The notes beneath the pieces are model-generated. The model saw only the letters and a program-made list of their open reading frames with translations, searched no databases and had not been told where the DNA came from. From the IMG/VR virus record IMGVR_UViG_3300035670_010691, positions 32,001-96,000 of that record: a stretch of 64,000 bases of DNA. One strand, written 5' to 3'. The translations under genes and the position numbers were made by a program. This document shows, piece after piece, positions 39,358 to 48,834 of the stretch (position 1 is the stretch's first letter; each line of letters opens with the position of its first letter). This stretch comes from a virus.

Positions 39358-40363
39358 TAAAAGATGTTTGATAACTGGTGTAACTGGTATGGTTGGTTCT
39401 CATTTAGTAGATTTTCTCATACAAAACACGAATTGGGAGATATATGGATTTCTTCGTTGGTATGATAGGTTGGATAATTTAGAACACCATTTTCAAAAAA
39501 TTAATAATAAAGATAGAATTCATTTAATTTATGGTGATTTGAATGATTATCCTTCCTTACAAAATGCAATTCAAATTTCTAAACCTGATTACGTATTTCA
39601 CTTAGCCGCTCAATCTTACCCACAAACAAGTTTTGATGCTCCAATTGAAACTTTACAAACTAACATAATCGGTACGGCTAATCTACTTGAGTCTTTACGA
39701 AAGTCAGAGTATAAAAACTCAATCATTCATGTTTGTGCAAGTTCAGAAGTGTTCGGTAGAGTTACAAAAGAAGAATTACCTATTAGTGAAGATTGTCGTT
39801 TTCACCCAGCATCTCCATATGCAATATCCAAAGTAGGAACTGACTTGGTTGGTAGGTATTATGCAGAAGCATATGATATGACGATTATGACTACCCGTAT
39901 GTTTACCCACACCGGTCCTCGTAGAGGTGATGTATTTGCAGAGTCCACATTTGCTAAACAAATAGCAATGATAGAAGCAGGTCAACAAGAACCCACAATC
40001 TATGTTGGTAACTTGGACTCTTTACGAACATTTGCTGATGTTAGAGACGCAGTACGAGCGTATTATTTGTTAGTTACTCACAATCCAATTAAAGGTGAGT
40101 ATTATAATATTGGTGGTAACCATACTTGTTCGATTGGTGAAATGTTAGAGTTTTTAATTTCACAATCTACGGTAGAAGATATAAACGTGGTAGTTGACCA
40201 AGAAAGATTAAGACCAATAGATGCAAACTTACAAATACCCGATACAACAAAATTCAAAAAACATACAGGGTGGGAACCTCAAATACCATTTGAGAAGACT
40301 ATGACTGACTTATTAAATTATTGGAGAGATAAAGTTAAACTAAAATCGTATTTAAAAAGATGA
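39344..40363 (+). CDS. gmd: GDP-mannose 4,6-dehydratase family protein
   Basis: TGVTGMVG, HLAAQS, ASSEVFG, SPYAISK, GNLDSLR, RLRPID. Confidence 0.8.
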   Translation: MKMNNKRCLITGVTGMVGSHLVDFLIQNTNWEIYGFLRWYDRLDNLEHHFQKINNKDRIHLIYGDLNDYPSLQNAIQISKPDYVFHLAAQSYPQTSFDAPIETLQTNIIGTANLLESLRKSEYKNSIIHVCASSEVFGRVTKEELPISEDCRFHPASPYAISKVGTDLVGRYYAEAYDMTIMTTRMFTHTGPRRGDVFAESTFAKQIAMIEAGQQEPTIYVGNLDSLRTFADVRDAVRAYYLLVTHNPIKGEYYNIGGNHTCSIGEMLEFLISQSTVEDINVVVDQERLRPIDANLQIPDTTKFKKHTGWEPQIPFEKTMTDLLNYWRDKVKLKSYLKR

Positions 40364-41541
40364 AAAAAATAAATTTTATATATGAAGGTAATTTAGAAAG
40401 ATATAAACATTTAATTGAATGCTATAAAATACAAAATTATAATTTTATAAATATAGATTCGGATTTTTCAATTGATACGCAACAAAATTATTTTCATTTT
40501 ATATTTGATGGGTGGCCTGTTTTACAATTTAAACATAATGAATTTTCAATTAGTGAAAAACTAAAAAATTTATTAGTATCAAATAAAAATATGTTTTTAT
40601 GTTTTATAACTGAACATGAAACTGATTCACCATATAGTTTAACTTATCTTTCGGAATTTTGTCAGTTAAATAGTATTAAAGAAAATCAAATTTTTGTTAT
40701 TAATGGTAATGAATTTTTACCAATATTGAAAGAAAATCAAAAAAGTAATATAAACGTTTATGTAGTAAATAGATTACAAAAGGTATCTACACATAACATG
40801 GATTTATTTAATTTTGAAACATTAGATGACCGTCTTTTTTTATTTCAATCTTACAATAACAGATTTAAAAAACACAGAATAGCGATAATTTCAAAATTAA
40901 TTGGAAGTGGTTTGATAGACTCGGTTGATTGGAGTTTGAATTATTTAGATGAATCCATAATATCAGATAAAAATATAGATGTTGAATTTTTAAGAAATGA
41001 AATTGATATTGATAAAGACATATTAAATGGTTTAAAATTTATTGCAAAAAACGGAATTAGAAAAAGTGAAATGGAAAGTTATGATATTCATGCACAAGGA
41101 AGCGATGGGGTCGATTTTAACATTCCTTACAGAGAAAATCCTTATAAACATTCATATATAAACATAGTAACTGAATCACAATTTGAAACAAACGATTTAA
41201 TTCACATTACAGAAAAATCTTTAATACCATTTTTTTATCATCAAATTCCAATTATAATTTCAACTCCAAATTTAATCAAATTTATGAAAAATAAATACAA
41301 CCTTGATTTTTATGAAGATATAATAGATCATTCATATGATGGTGAGTATAATTCTAAAAAGAGATTTAAAATGATATTTGATGAAATAAGAAGATTATCT
41401 GACAAAAAAGATGAAATAAAAGAATACTATTTAAAAAACAAACAAAGATTTGAATCTAACCAAAATATAATTAGAAATATTAAAGACGAGATTCAAGACG
41501 AAGTTTTTTTTAATTCATTAATTGATTTTTATGTTGAATGA
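40360..41541 (+). CDS. GT10-like 'TEK' family protein
   Basis: NNRFKKHR, SYINIVTESQF...ITEKSLIPF...IDHSYD. Confidence 0.55.
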   Translation: MKKINFIYEGNLERYKHLIECYKIQNYNFINIDSDFSIDTQQNYFHFIFDGWPVLQFKHNEFSISEKLKNLLVSNKNMFLCFITEHETDSPYSLTYLSEFCQLNSIKENQIFVINGNEFLPILKENQKSNINVYVVNRLQKVSTHNMDLFNFETLDDRLFLFQSYNNRFKKHRIAIISKLIGSGLIDSVDWSLNYLDESIISDKNIDVEFLRNEIDIDKDILNGLKFIAKNGIRKSEMESYDIHAQGSDGVDFNIPYRENPYKHSYINIVTESQFETNDLIHITEKSLIPFFYHQIPIIISTPNLIKFMKNKYNLDFYEDIIDHSYDGEYNSKKRFKMIFDEIRRLSDKKDEIKEYYLKNKQRFESNQNIIRNIKDEIQDEVFFNSLIDFYVE

Positions 41542-42715
41542 TGAGCAAAGGTTTGAAGTAAATTTAATATGTGATGGATTAGAAAAATTTAATTTTTTTG
41601 ACAAAAATAACATAATTGATTCTATAAATTATATTACTAGAAATCGATGCAATTTTACCTTTCATTCATATGACAATTTAGATGAAAATAAATTGTATTA
41701 TTTTGTTTTAAATTTTAATTATTATCCTTTTGACAATTTTTTAAATGATTTAAATGAAAACAAAGAATATAAAAAAATAATTGATATAATAAATCGCAAA
41801 AACGTTAAAACAATTTTTGTAATATATCATGAATCATCTCCAATAGAACATATAAAATTGTTTAATAAGGTTATCAGAAATAAAAATATTAAAGAAGATA
41901 ATATTTTTTACATATCAAATGATTTAAATATTTTTAATATATTAAATGAGAATGATATAAAAATTAAATCATATAAATCAAATCACTTAGCTCATTCTTT
42001 TCCAAATTTATTTCCAAATTCTGAAATAAAAAATACAAGAAAGTATTTATTTTTAACTAAAAATAATAATCCAAAAATTCATAGATTTTTATTACTTTGT
42101 TATTTAAAAAAATTAAATTTATTAAATGAAACAAATTACTCTTTTTTAAGTAAAATTGATTATACTGGTATTCAAAAAATTTTAAAAAAAAAGGAAATAG
42201 AAAATTTAGATTTTAAATATTTTGAAAATATATTTCCAAAAATGACTGAATTTGAATCAATTAAATTTAAAAATTCATTTATTGATATTCAAAATTTTGC
42301 TGGAACTTTTGAACAAAATGATTATGAAAGTGCATATATAAATATAACAACAGAAAGTCAATTTTTTGGAAAATGTATTCATATAACAGAAAAGTCATTT
42401 AAACCATTTTATTTTTATCAAATTCCAATTTTTTTAGCCACACATAATCATGTTAAGTCATTAAAAGAATTTTATGGTTTTGATTTGTTTGATGATATAA
42501 TAGACCATAGTTATGATTTAGAAGTTGATGATAGAAAAAGATTTTTTATGGTAATCGAGGAAATACAAAGAATTTCATCTATAAAATCCAAATTAGAGGA
42601 AACTTTTATAAACATAAAAAATAGATTGGATAACAATAAAAAAATATGTCAATCGTTAAATAAGGATGAATTAGATTTAAAAAATTTTATTGAAATTTAT
42701 AATACAAAAATATGA
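41531..42715 (+). CDS. GT10-like 'TEK' family protein
   Basis: NNNPKIHR, AYINITTESQF...ITEKSFKPF...IDHSYD; tandem paralog of the previous gene. Confidence 0.55.
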   Translation: MLNDEQRFEVNLICDGLEKFNFFDKNNIIDSINYITRNRCNFTFHSYDNLDENKLYYFVLNFNYYPFDNFLNDLNENKEYKKIIDIINRKNVKTIFVIYHESSPIEHIKLFNKVIRNKNIKEDNIFYISNDLNIFNILNENDIKIKSYKSNHLAHSFPNLFPNSEIKNTRKYLFLTKNNNPKIHRFLLLCYLKKLNLLNETNYSFLSKIDYTGIQKILKKKEIENLDFKYFENIFPKMTEFESIKFKNSFIDIQNFAGTFEQNDYESAYINITTESQFFGKCIHITEKSFKPFYFYQIPIFLATHNHVKSLKEFYGFDLFDDIIDHSYDLEVDDRKRFFMVIEEIQRISSIKSKLEETFINIKNRLDNNKKICQSLNKDELDLKNFIEIYNTKI

Positions 42716-43113
42716 GAAAATATTTACCAACACTTGGTGAGTTGATTGATAGATTAACCATCTGTCAGTTAAAGGAAGTTAAAATACCACAACACAAAGA
42801 AGAATATCAACAAGAGATTAAAGATATTATACACGATATTAACGAAATTCTTTCTGAATCTGAAGATTTAACTATTGATGGGGATTTTATAAGAGCAATA
42901 GTTGTTTTATCTCAAATGAATACTCATATATGGGTAAATGAAGACAATGCCCGTAGTGGTGATAAAAATGGAAATCAACTTCTTCTTACACACGGTTTAA
43001 ATGGAATTCGAAATACTGCAAAAAACAAAATACAGGAAAAGGTAGGTGGTAGAAAAGATTATAAAATAGACTGTATAGCTTCTGAATTTAAAGATTGGGA
43101 AATCAGTTGGTAA
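42712..43113 (+). CDS. conserved helical protein (DUF4254/DUF6165-like)
   Basis: TLGELIDRLTI.QLK...N..IW..ED..R...N..R..AKNKI. Confidence 0.55.
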   Translation: MRKYLPTLGELIDRLTICQLKEVKIPQHKEEYQQEIKDIIHDINEILSESEDLTIDGDFIRAIVVLSQMNTHIWVNEDNARSGDKNGNQLLLTHGLNGIRNTAKNKIQEKVGGRKDYKIDCIASEFKDWEISW

Positions 43114-43848
43114 ATGAAAATAGCAATTTTGTTATATGGAGAATTAAGAACTTTTGAAAGTGCTGTTAAAACATGGAATGTTTTAAACCTTCCAAATGTT
43201 GATTGTTATATCCATAGTCAAAATCAAAGTTATAGTAAATTTTATAAAACAGTCACCGATATAAAAAAAGAACAACTATTTAATAATCTCAATATTAAAA
43301 AAATTGTTTTAGAAGATAGACTTGAATTTCAAAAAAATAATCCAAGTAAAGATTTGCATTTAAATCATCGTTCATGGCGATTTTTAAATAATATGATTGA
43401 AGGAGAATATGATATTGTAATTATTAATAGATTAGATACCACGATGTATATAGATAATTTGGAAAGTCTACTTAACAATTTTGATAATAATAATTTATAT
43501 ACAAGACATGAAGTATATTCAGATTTTATAGAAGACCATTTTTTTATGGGTTCTTTTAATGTTATTAAATATTTTTTGAATAATTTACCAAAACCCGATA
43601 AACTTATAAATTCTCATAAAGATATTTTGAAATATATTAAAAGTTTACCTTTTACATATAATACTCATAAAGAGATTGTTGCATTTCATTTGAGAGAAAA
43701 TATGAATAGTTATATTGAAGATTACTTTCATGAAAATCCTAATAAAGTAAAATTAGATGATAAAAAATTTTACGAATATATTTGCAAATTTAATTGGAAT
43801 ACATTTTCAATTCTTGAAGACGAATATCTTAAAATAGCAAAAAAATGA
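43114..43848 (+). CDS. putative glycosyltransferase-like protein
   Basis: KIAILLYGELRT N-terminus, YDIVIINRLD, DHFFMG. Confidence 0.5.
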   Translation: MKIAILLYGELRTFESAVKTWNVLNLPNVDCYIHSQNQSYSKFYKTVTDIKKEQLFNNLNIKKIVLEDRLEFQKNNPSKDLHLNHRSWRFLNNMIEGEYDIVIINRLDTTMYIDNLESLLNNFDNNNLYTRHEVYSDFIEDHFFMGSFNVIKYFLNNLPKPDKLINSHKDILKYIKSLPFTYNTHKEIVAFHLRENMNSYIEDYFHENPNKVKLDDKKFYEYICKFNWNTFSILEDEYLKIAKK

Positions 43849-44606
43849 ATTTTAAAATTTTAATTATTGGTGAAATTTGTCAAGATGTTTTTATTTATGG
43901 TGATGTAAATAGAATTTCACCCGAAGCTCCAATACCAATTTTAGAACCAAGGTTTTCAAATACCACAGATGGTATGGCAGGAAACGTTCAAAATAATTTG
44001 ATAAAGTTGGGTGTAGATACAAAACTAATAACAAATGATGAGATTATTAAAAAAATCAGATATGTTGATGAGTCTTATAATTATATTCTTTTACGTGTAG
44101 ATGAGCAAGTTGAAATAAAAAAAATTAATTTAGAAAATCTATTAAATGAAAATTTTGATGGAATAGTAATATCAGATTATAATAAAGGGTTTCTAACCGA
44201 AGAAGATATTCAATTTATTTCAAAAAAATATGAAATTCCTGTATTTTTAGATACAAAAAAGAAGTTAGGAGATTGGGCAAGGGGGGTAACCTTTTTGAAA
44301 ATTAACCATCAAGAATACCTAAATAACCAACAATTTTTTAAAAATAACCCCGATGTCTTAAATAAAACTATAATTACAAGAGGAAAATATGGATGTGAAT
44401 TTCAAGGAAATGTCTATCCAACAAAAGAGGTAGAAGTTAAAGATGTTGTTGGTGCTGGGGATACTTTTTTGGCCGGATTAGTATTTAAATATATACAGAC
44501 AAAAAATATAGAAACATCAATTCTCTTTGCAAACAAATGTTCCACAAATGTTGTTCAAAAAAGAGGAGTTGCTGTTGTAAATTTAAGTGAAATAAAAGAT
44601 GATTGA
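43845..44606 (+). CDS. PfkB kinase, RfaE/HldA (heptose-7-phosphate kinase)-like
   Basis: RISPEAPIP, ISDYNKG, DVVGAGDTF. Confidence 0.85.
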   Translation: MNFKILIIGEICQDVFIYGDVNRISPEAPIPILEPRFSNTTDGMAGNVQNNLIKLGVDTKLITNDEIIKKIRYVDESYNYILLRVDEQVEIKKINLENLLNENFDGIVISDYNKGFLTEEDIQFISKKYEIPVFLDTKKKLGDWARGVTFLKINHQEYLNNQQFFKNNPDVLNKTIITRGKYGCEFQGNVYPTKEVEVKDVVGAGDTFLAGLVFKYIQTKNIETSILFANKCSTNVVQKRGVAVVNLSEIKDD

Positions 44607-45186
44607 AAATAGAAAAAGTTTGTTTTACAAAGAAAGAAAATGGAATGATTTTCATTATTATAATGGAACTGTTCTTCCTGATTTAAAAATAATTCAACCC
44701 TCAGTGTATTATGAATATAGAGGTGAAATATCAACTACTTATCATTCTGAATATTATGATAGATTGTTACCTGTTTCAGAAAGAAACGAGGGGTTGTCGT
44801 TTAAGCATGACAGATATTCAAAATCTAAAATAGGAGTTCTTCGTGGTCTTCATTATGATGATAAAACTTGGAAATTAATAAGTTGTCTTCATGGTAAAAT
44901 ATACTTGGTGGTATTAGATGTAAGACCAAAATCCACCACATACGGAAAGTGGGAGTCATTTATCATTTCACCTCATACTCAAACACAAGTATTAGTTCCA
45001 CCAAACTTTGCAAACGGTCATTTTATTATGGAAGATGATTCTATTTTCTTTTATAAATTGGCGTACCAAGGTGAGTATAATGATGAAACAAAACAAAAGA
45101 CCATATTATTTAATGACAGAAGATTTAATATAGACTGGCCAGTTCAAAATCCAATATTATCACAAAGAGACAAAAATGGAAATTAA
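44599..45186 (+). CDS. rmlC: RmlC-like NDP-4-keto-6-deoxysugar 3,5-epimerase
   Basis: GVLRGLHY, KLISC..G.I..VVLDVR, IDWP....ILS.RD. Confidence 0.8.
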   Translation: MIENRKSLFYKERKWNDFHYYNGTVLPDLKIIQPSVYYEYRGEISTTYHSEYYDRLLPVSERNEGLSFKHDRYSKSKIGVLRGLHYDDKTWKLISCLHGKIYLVVLDVRPKSTTYGKWESFIISPHTQTQVLVPPNFANGHFIMEDDSIFFYKLAYQGEYNDETKQKTILFNDRRFNIDWPVQNPILSQRDKNGN

Positions 45187-45814
45187 AAATTTAGAACATT
45201 ATCCAAACCGATGGGAAGGTTCATCTCTCACCATAGATGATTTAATAAAATTTGAAGACGATGTAGTCCAAAAATGGGAAAGTGGAAAGATACGAGGTCC
45301 AGTTCACTTATCAAATGGAAACGAAGAACAACTTATCCAAATCTTTAAAAAAATCGGTATAAACGATTGGGTATTTTCTACTTGGAGGTCTCATTATCAC
45401 GCTCTCCTTCATGGTATTGATAAGAGAGAATTGATGGATATGATAACCGAGGGTAGATCAATCACAATAGTGGATAAAAAATCAAAGTTTTATTCATCAG
45501 CTATTGTCACGGGAACTCTTCCAATAGCACTTGGAGTTGCACAATCAATCAAATTAAGTGGTGATGATGAAAAGGTATGGGTATTTGTTGGTGATATGGC
45601 GTTTGAAAGTGGTATATTTTACGAAGTTCACAAATACGCAAGAAACTATGATTTACCAATTCACTTTATAGTAGAAGATAACGGTGTCTCTACTAACACC
45701 CCAACGTTAGAAACTTGGAATGGAATACAAAGAGAAATACCCGAAGATGTAATCTATTACAAATATAAATCAAAATATCCACACTATGGGACGGGAAAAT
45801 GGGTAGTATTTTAA
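45176..45814 (+). CDS. ThDP-dependent enzyme, E1-alpha-like (PP-binding) subunit
   Basis: GPVHLSNGNE, STWRSHYH, GDMA...EDN ThDP/Mg motif. Confidence 0.8.
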   Translation: MEIKNLEHYPNRWEGSSLTIDDLIKFEDDVVQKWESGKIRGPVHLSNGNEEQLIQIFKKIGINDWVFSTWRSHYHALLHGIDKRELMDMITEGRSITIVDKKSKFYSSAIVTGTLPIALGVAQSIKLSGDDEKVWVFVGDMAFESGIFYEVHKYARNYDLPIHFIVEDNGVSTNTPTLETWNGIQREIPEDVIYYKYKSKYPHYGTGKWVVF

Positions 45815-46710
45815 CACACAATATTAATAATATAGAATTTAAAACCTGCGGTGCAATGATATTTGCAGGTTGTTCTTTTACTTGGGGGCAGGGACTTTGG
45901 AGTTATTATCCAACAAAATGGTATGTTCCAAAATGTTGGGAATATACAGCTGAAGGTGCCCCCATTCCACCAGCAGCTGAAGAATTCAAAGAAGATAATA
46001 GATATCCAGGATTGGTATCAAAAGAGTTTCATGCAAAACAAATAGTTAAAAAAACAAATGGTGGAACTGATGATGAATCGTTGAGATTTATAGAACAAGT
46101 TAGGACTAATGTAGTTGATAAACATAATATGTTAGTGACAAACACCGATTGGGAGGAAATTCATACTATTATAATTCAAACAACAGATAGTTACAGAAGT
46201 CCTTTTTTATTTGAATATAAAAATCAAAAATATGAAATTTATTCAAGTCCTGGATATCAATTTTTAACCAGCTTAGTAAAAGTAAAATTTGAAGATAATG
46301 TATTGATTCATGAAGAACAACCAAACTTTGATATTTTTATTGATTGGTTAATTGATAATAATTTAACTGTTGATGATTTTCAACGAATTCATGTAAAAAA
46401 AATGATGGATAGGATAGAAGAAGCGTTTAAAAATTTAGAAAAAGAAGGAAAAAAAGTTTTACTATTATCATGGACTAATTGTTATTTGGAAGAGATTAAA
46501 AAAAGAAATTACTTTGATGATAAATTTGTAAAATTAAATTATCTTGATCAGGAGTTTGATTCTATTCATGATTTAATGCAAAAATACAAATATTTTATAA
46601 TTGATTATGATGATGAGGTAATACACGATAGTGGTGGTGATGCTCATCCATCATTATTTTGTCATCAAATTATAGCAAATTCAATAATTTCTAAAATAAA
46701 ATACGGATGA
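45799..46710 (+). CDS. SGNH-like protein
   Basis: AGCSFTWGQG, NGGTD, GGDAHPS..CH. Confidence 0.6.
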   Translation: MGSILTHNINNIEFKTCGAMIFAGCSFTWGQGLWSYYPTKWYVPKCWEYTAEGAPIPPAAEEFKEDNRYPGLVSKEFHAKQIVKKTNGGTDDESLRFIEQVRTNVVDKHNMLVTNTDWEEIHTIIIQTTDSYRSPFLFEYKNQKYEIYSSPGYQFLTSLVKVKFEDNVLIHEEQPNFDIFIDWLIDNNLTVDDFQRIHVKKMMDRIEEAFKNLEKEGKKVLLLSWTNCYLEEIKKRNYFDDKFVKLNYLDQEFDSIHDLMQKYKYFIIDYDDEVIHDSGGDAHPSLFCHQIIANSIISKIKYG

Positions 46711-47606
46711 GTAATTACATTTTATTTGGAGGTTGTTCATTTACATGGGGACAGGGGTTATGGTCATATACACCAAAATATCTTTGTCATCCTGATTTAC
46801 ATATTCCAACTGTTGATGAATACATCGAAAAAGAATTTGCGATACCCAAACCCGCTTTTGAATTTAAAAATCATAATAGATTTGCTAAATTAGTAAGTGG
46901 TCATTTTAATTCAGTTCCAATAGTAAAAAGAAGAAATGGTGGTTCTGATGAGGAAACGATAAGATTTTTGTATGAAGCTAAACAAAATTATGTAACAGAC
47001 GAAAGTCTTCTTGAAAGAAATTTAGAATTTGAACGAGTAAAATTAATTGTATTTCAAACTACTCAAATATTTAGAAGTCCATTTACCTTTTTTTATAAAA
47101 ATGAAGAATATCAAATTAAATCAAATCCCGAAGAAAGAAATTTTAATCTAATTTTAAAAATTAATAGAAAATCATATAATCTAAATGAATATACAGAAGA
47201 AAAGATAGAAAAATTTGATGTATTTTATAATTGGTTATACGATAATAATTTAAACATAGATGATTTTGAAAAAATTCATATTTCTCACATTGTTGATATA
47301 ATAGAAAAATGTTTATTAGATTTTCAAAATATGGGAATACCATCAATTATATTACCTTGGACAACAGAACATCTTACAGAAATGAATAAACGAAACTTTT
47401 TTCAAAATAAGATTATAAAATTAAATTATAAAAATGTTGAATATTCTTCAATTAAACAAATGATGGATGAAAACCATGAATTAATTATAAGATTTGATAA
47501 AAAAGTAATTCACCCTTCAGGAGGTGATGACCACCCTTCTTTGGAATGTCATAAAATATTAGCACAAAATATAATAACTTTTGTAGAGAAAAATAAAATA
47601 TTATGA
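46707..47606 (+). CDS. SGNH-like protein, tandem paralog of the previous gene
   Basis: GGCSFTWGQG, NGGSD, GGDDHPS..CH. Confidence 0.6.
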   Translation: MSNYILFGGCSFTWGQGLWSYTPKYLCHPDLHIPTVDEYIEKEFAIPKPAFEFKNHNRFAKLVSGHFNSVPIVKRRNGGSDEETIRFLYEAKQNYVTDESLLERNLEFERVKLIVFQTTQIFRSPFTFFYKNEEYQIKSNPEERNFNLILKINRKSYNLNEYTEEKIEKFDVFYNWLYDNNLNIDDFEKIHISHIVDIIEKCLLDFQNMGIPSIILPWTTEHLTEMNKRNFFQNKIIKLNYKNVEYSSIKQMMDENHELIIRFDKKVIHPSGGDDHPSLECHKILAQNIITFVEKNKIL

Positions 47607-48832
47607 AAAAATTATTGTATATTGAATTTTCTCACAATTCTTTATTTATCATACATTTTTTTAAACATTATTTTGAAGAAATAAATAATGATGTGGAAAC
47701 TTGGCATCCATTAAAACCTGCCGATCGTTCACAAATTCAAAAAATGACATTTTCATTTTATTTTGAAGGGGATGAGGTTGATATATGGGTAAAGGATTTA
47801 TCTTATTTAAAATCAAATTATTCATTTATTTCAAAAAACTATGATAAAGTAATTTTAATTTCACAACGTTTTTTTCTTGACAAAAATATTAAATTTTTTG
47901 AACATTTTTCAATTCCAAAATCTGTTAAAAAAGTTTATTTAAATATTGAAGAATCTTTTCAAATAAAATACGACCAAAAAGAATTTGATGAACATTCTGT
48001 AAAATTTATTTCCAATTCTTTAAATAAAGAAAATATTAATTACATTTCTAATGATGATTCAAAGGATTTTAGTTATGAGGTATTTAAAGAAAAAATATTA
48101 TTAATACCATTTTTGTCGTTTTATCATTTTTGGTATTTTCATGCTTTGTCATTTTTTGATTTTAGTTGTATTCAAAACAAAAAGGAAAATTTATTTGGAG
48201 TATATTACACAGAGGGATACAAATCACAACGAGATGATATTTTTTCACATATAAAAACTAATATTGATAAAAATAATTTGTTAAATAATTTTAAAATATA
48301 TCACTCAACTATACCATCTAATATCGTTGATAAAATGTATTCATACCATTTTAATGTTTGGGAACGAAATCATATCACTGGTTTTTCCGATTATCAAAGA
48401 AGTATTGTAAATTTTGTATTTGAAAGTGAAATATTATCAAATATTGATAATATATTTTTTACCGAAAAAGTATTAAAGGCGTTATTATTTTCAAATCAAA
48501 ATATAATTTTTATACCTGTAATGTCAATAGGCAACTACATAAAATTAAAAGAAATGGGTTATTGGTTTTTAAATTTTGACTTTTTCGATTTTGAAAATGT
48601 TGATAAAGATAATGTTGATAATAACCTTAAAATAATGATAAATTCAGTCACCAAGTCAATTGATTACATTTCTAATTTATATAAAGAACATGGTGAAAAT
48701 TTGGAAAATTTAAATAATTACTTAAAAGAAGTTTATGGTGAAAAAATGAAAAGAAATTATGAACTAATTATTAATGAATTTAAAAATTCAATAGAAACTG
48801 AAAAGATAGTAAATTTTATATTAAAAGACTAA
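47603..48832 (+). CDS. divergent GT10-like 'TEK' family protein
   Basis: SIVNFVFES...FFTEKVLKAL. Confidence 0.45.
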   Translation: MKKLLYIEFSHNSLFIIHFFKHYFEEINNDVETWHPLKPADRSQIQKMTFSFYFEGDEVDIWVKDLSYLKSNYSFISKNYDKVILISQRFFLDKNIKFFEHFSIPKSVKKVYLNIEESFQIKYDQKEFDEHSVKFISNSLNKENINYISNDDSKDFSYEVFKEKILLIPFLSFYHFWYFHALSFFDFSCIQNKKENLFGVYYTEGYKSQRDDIFSHIKTNIDKNNLLNNFKIYHSTIPSNIVDKMYSYHFNVWERNHITGFSDYQRSIVNFVFESEILSNIDNIFFTEKVLKALLFSNQNIIFIPVMSIGNYIKLKEMGYWFLNFDFFDFENVDKDNVDNNLKIMINSVTKSIDYISNLYKEHGENLENLNNYLKEVYGEKMKRNYELIINEFKNSIETEKIVNFILKD

Positions 48833-48834
48833 AT

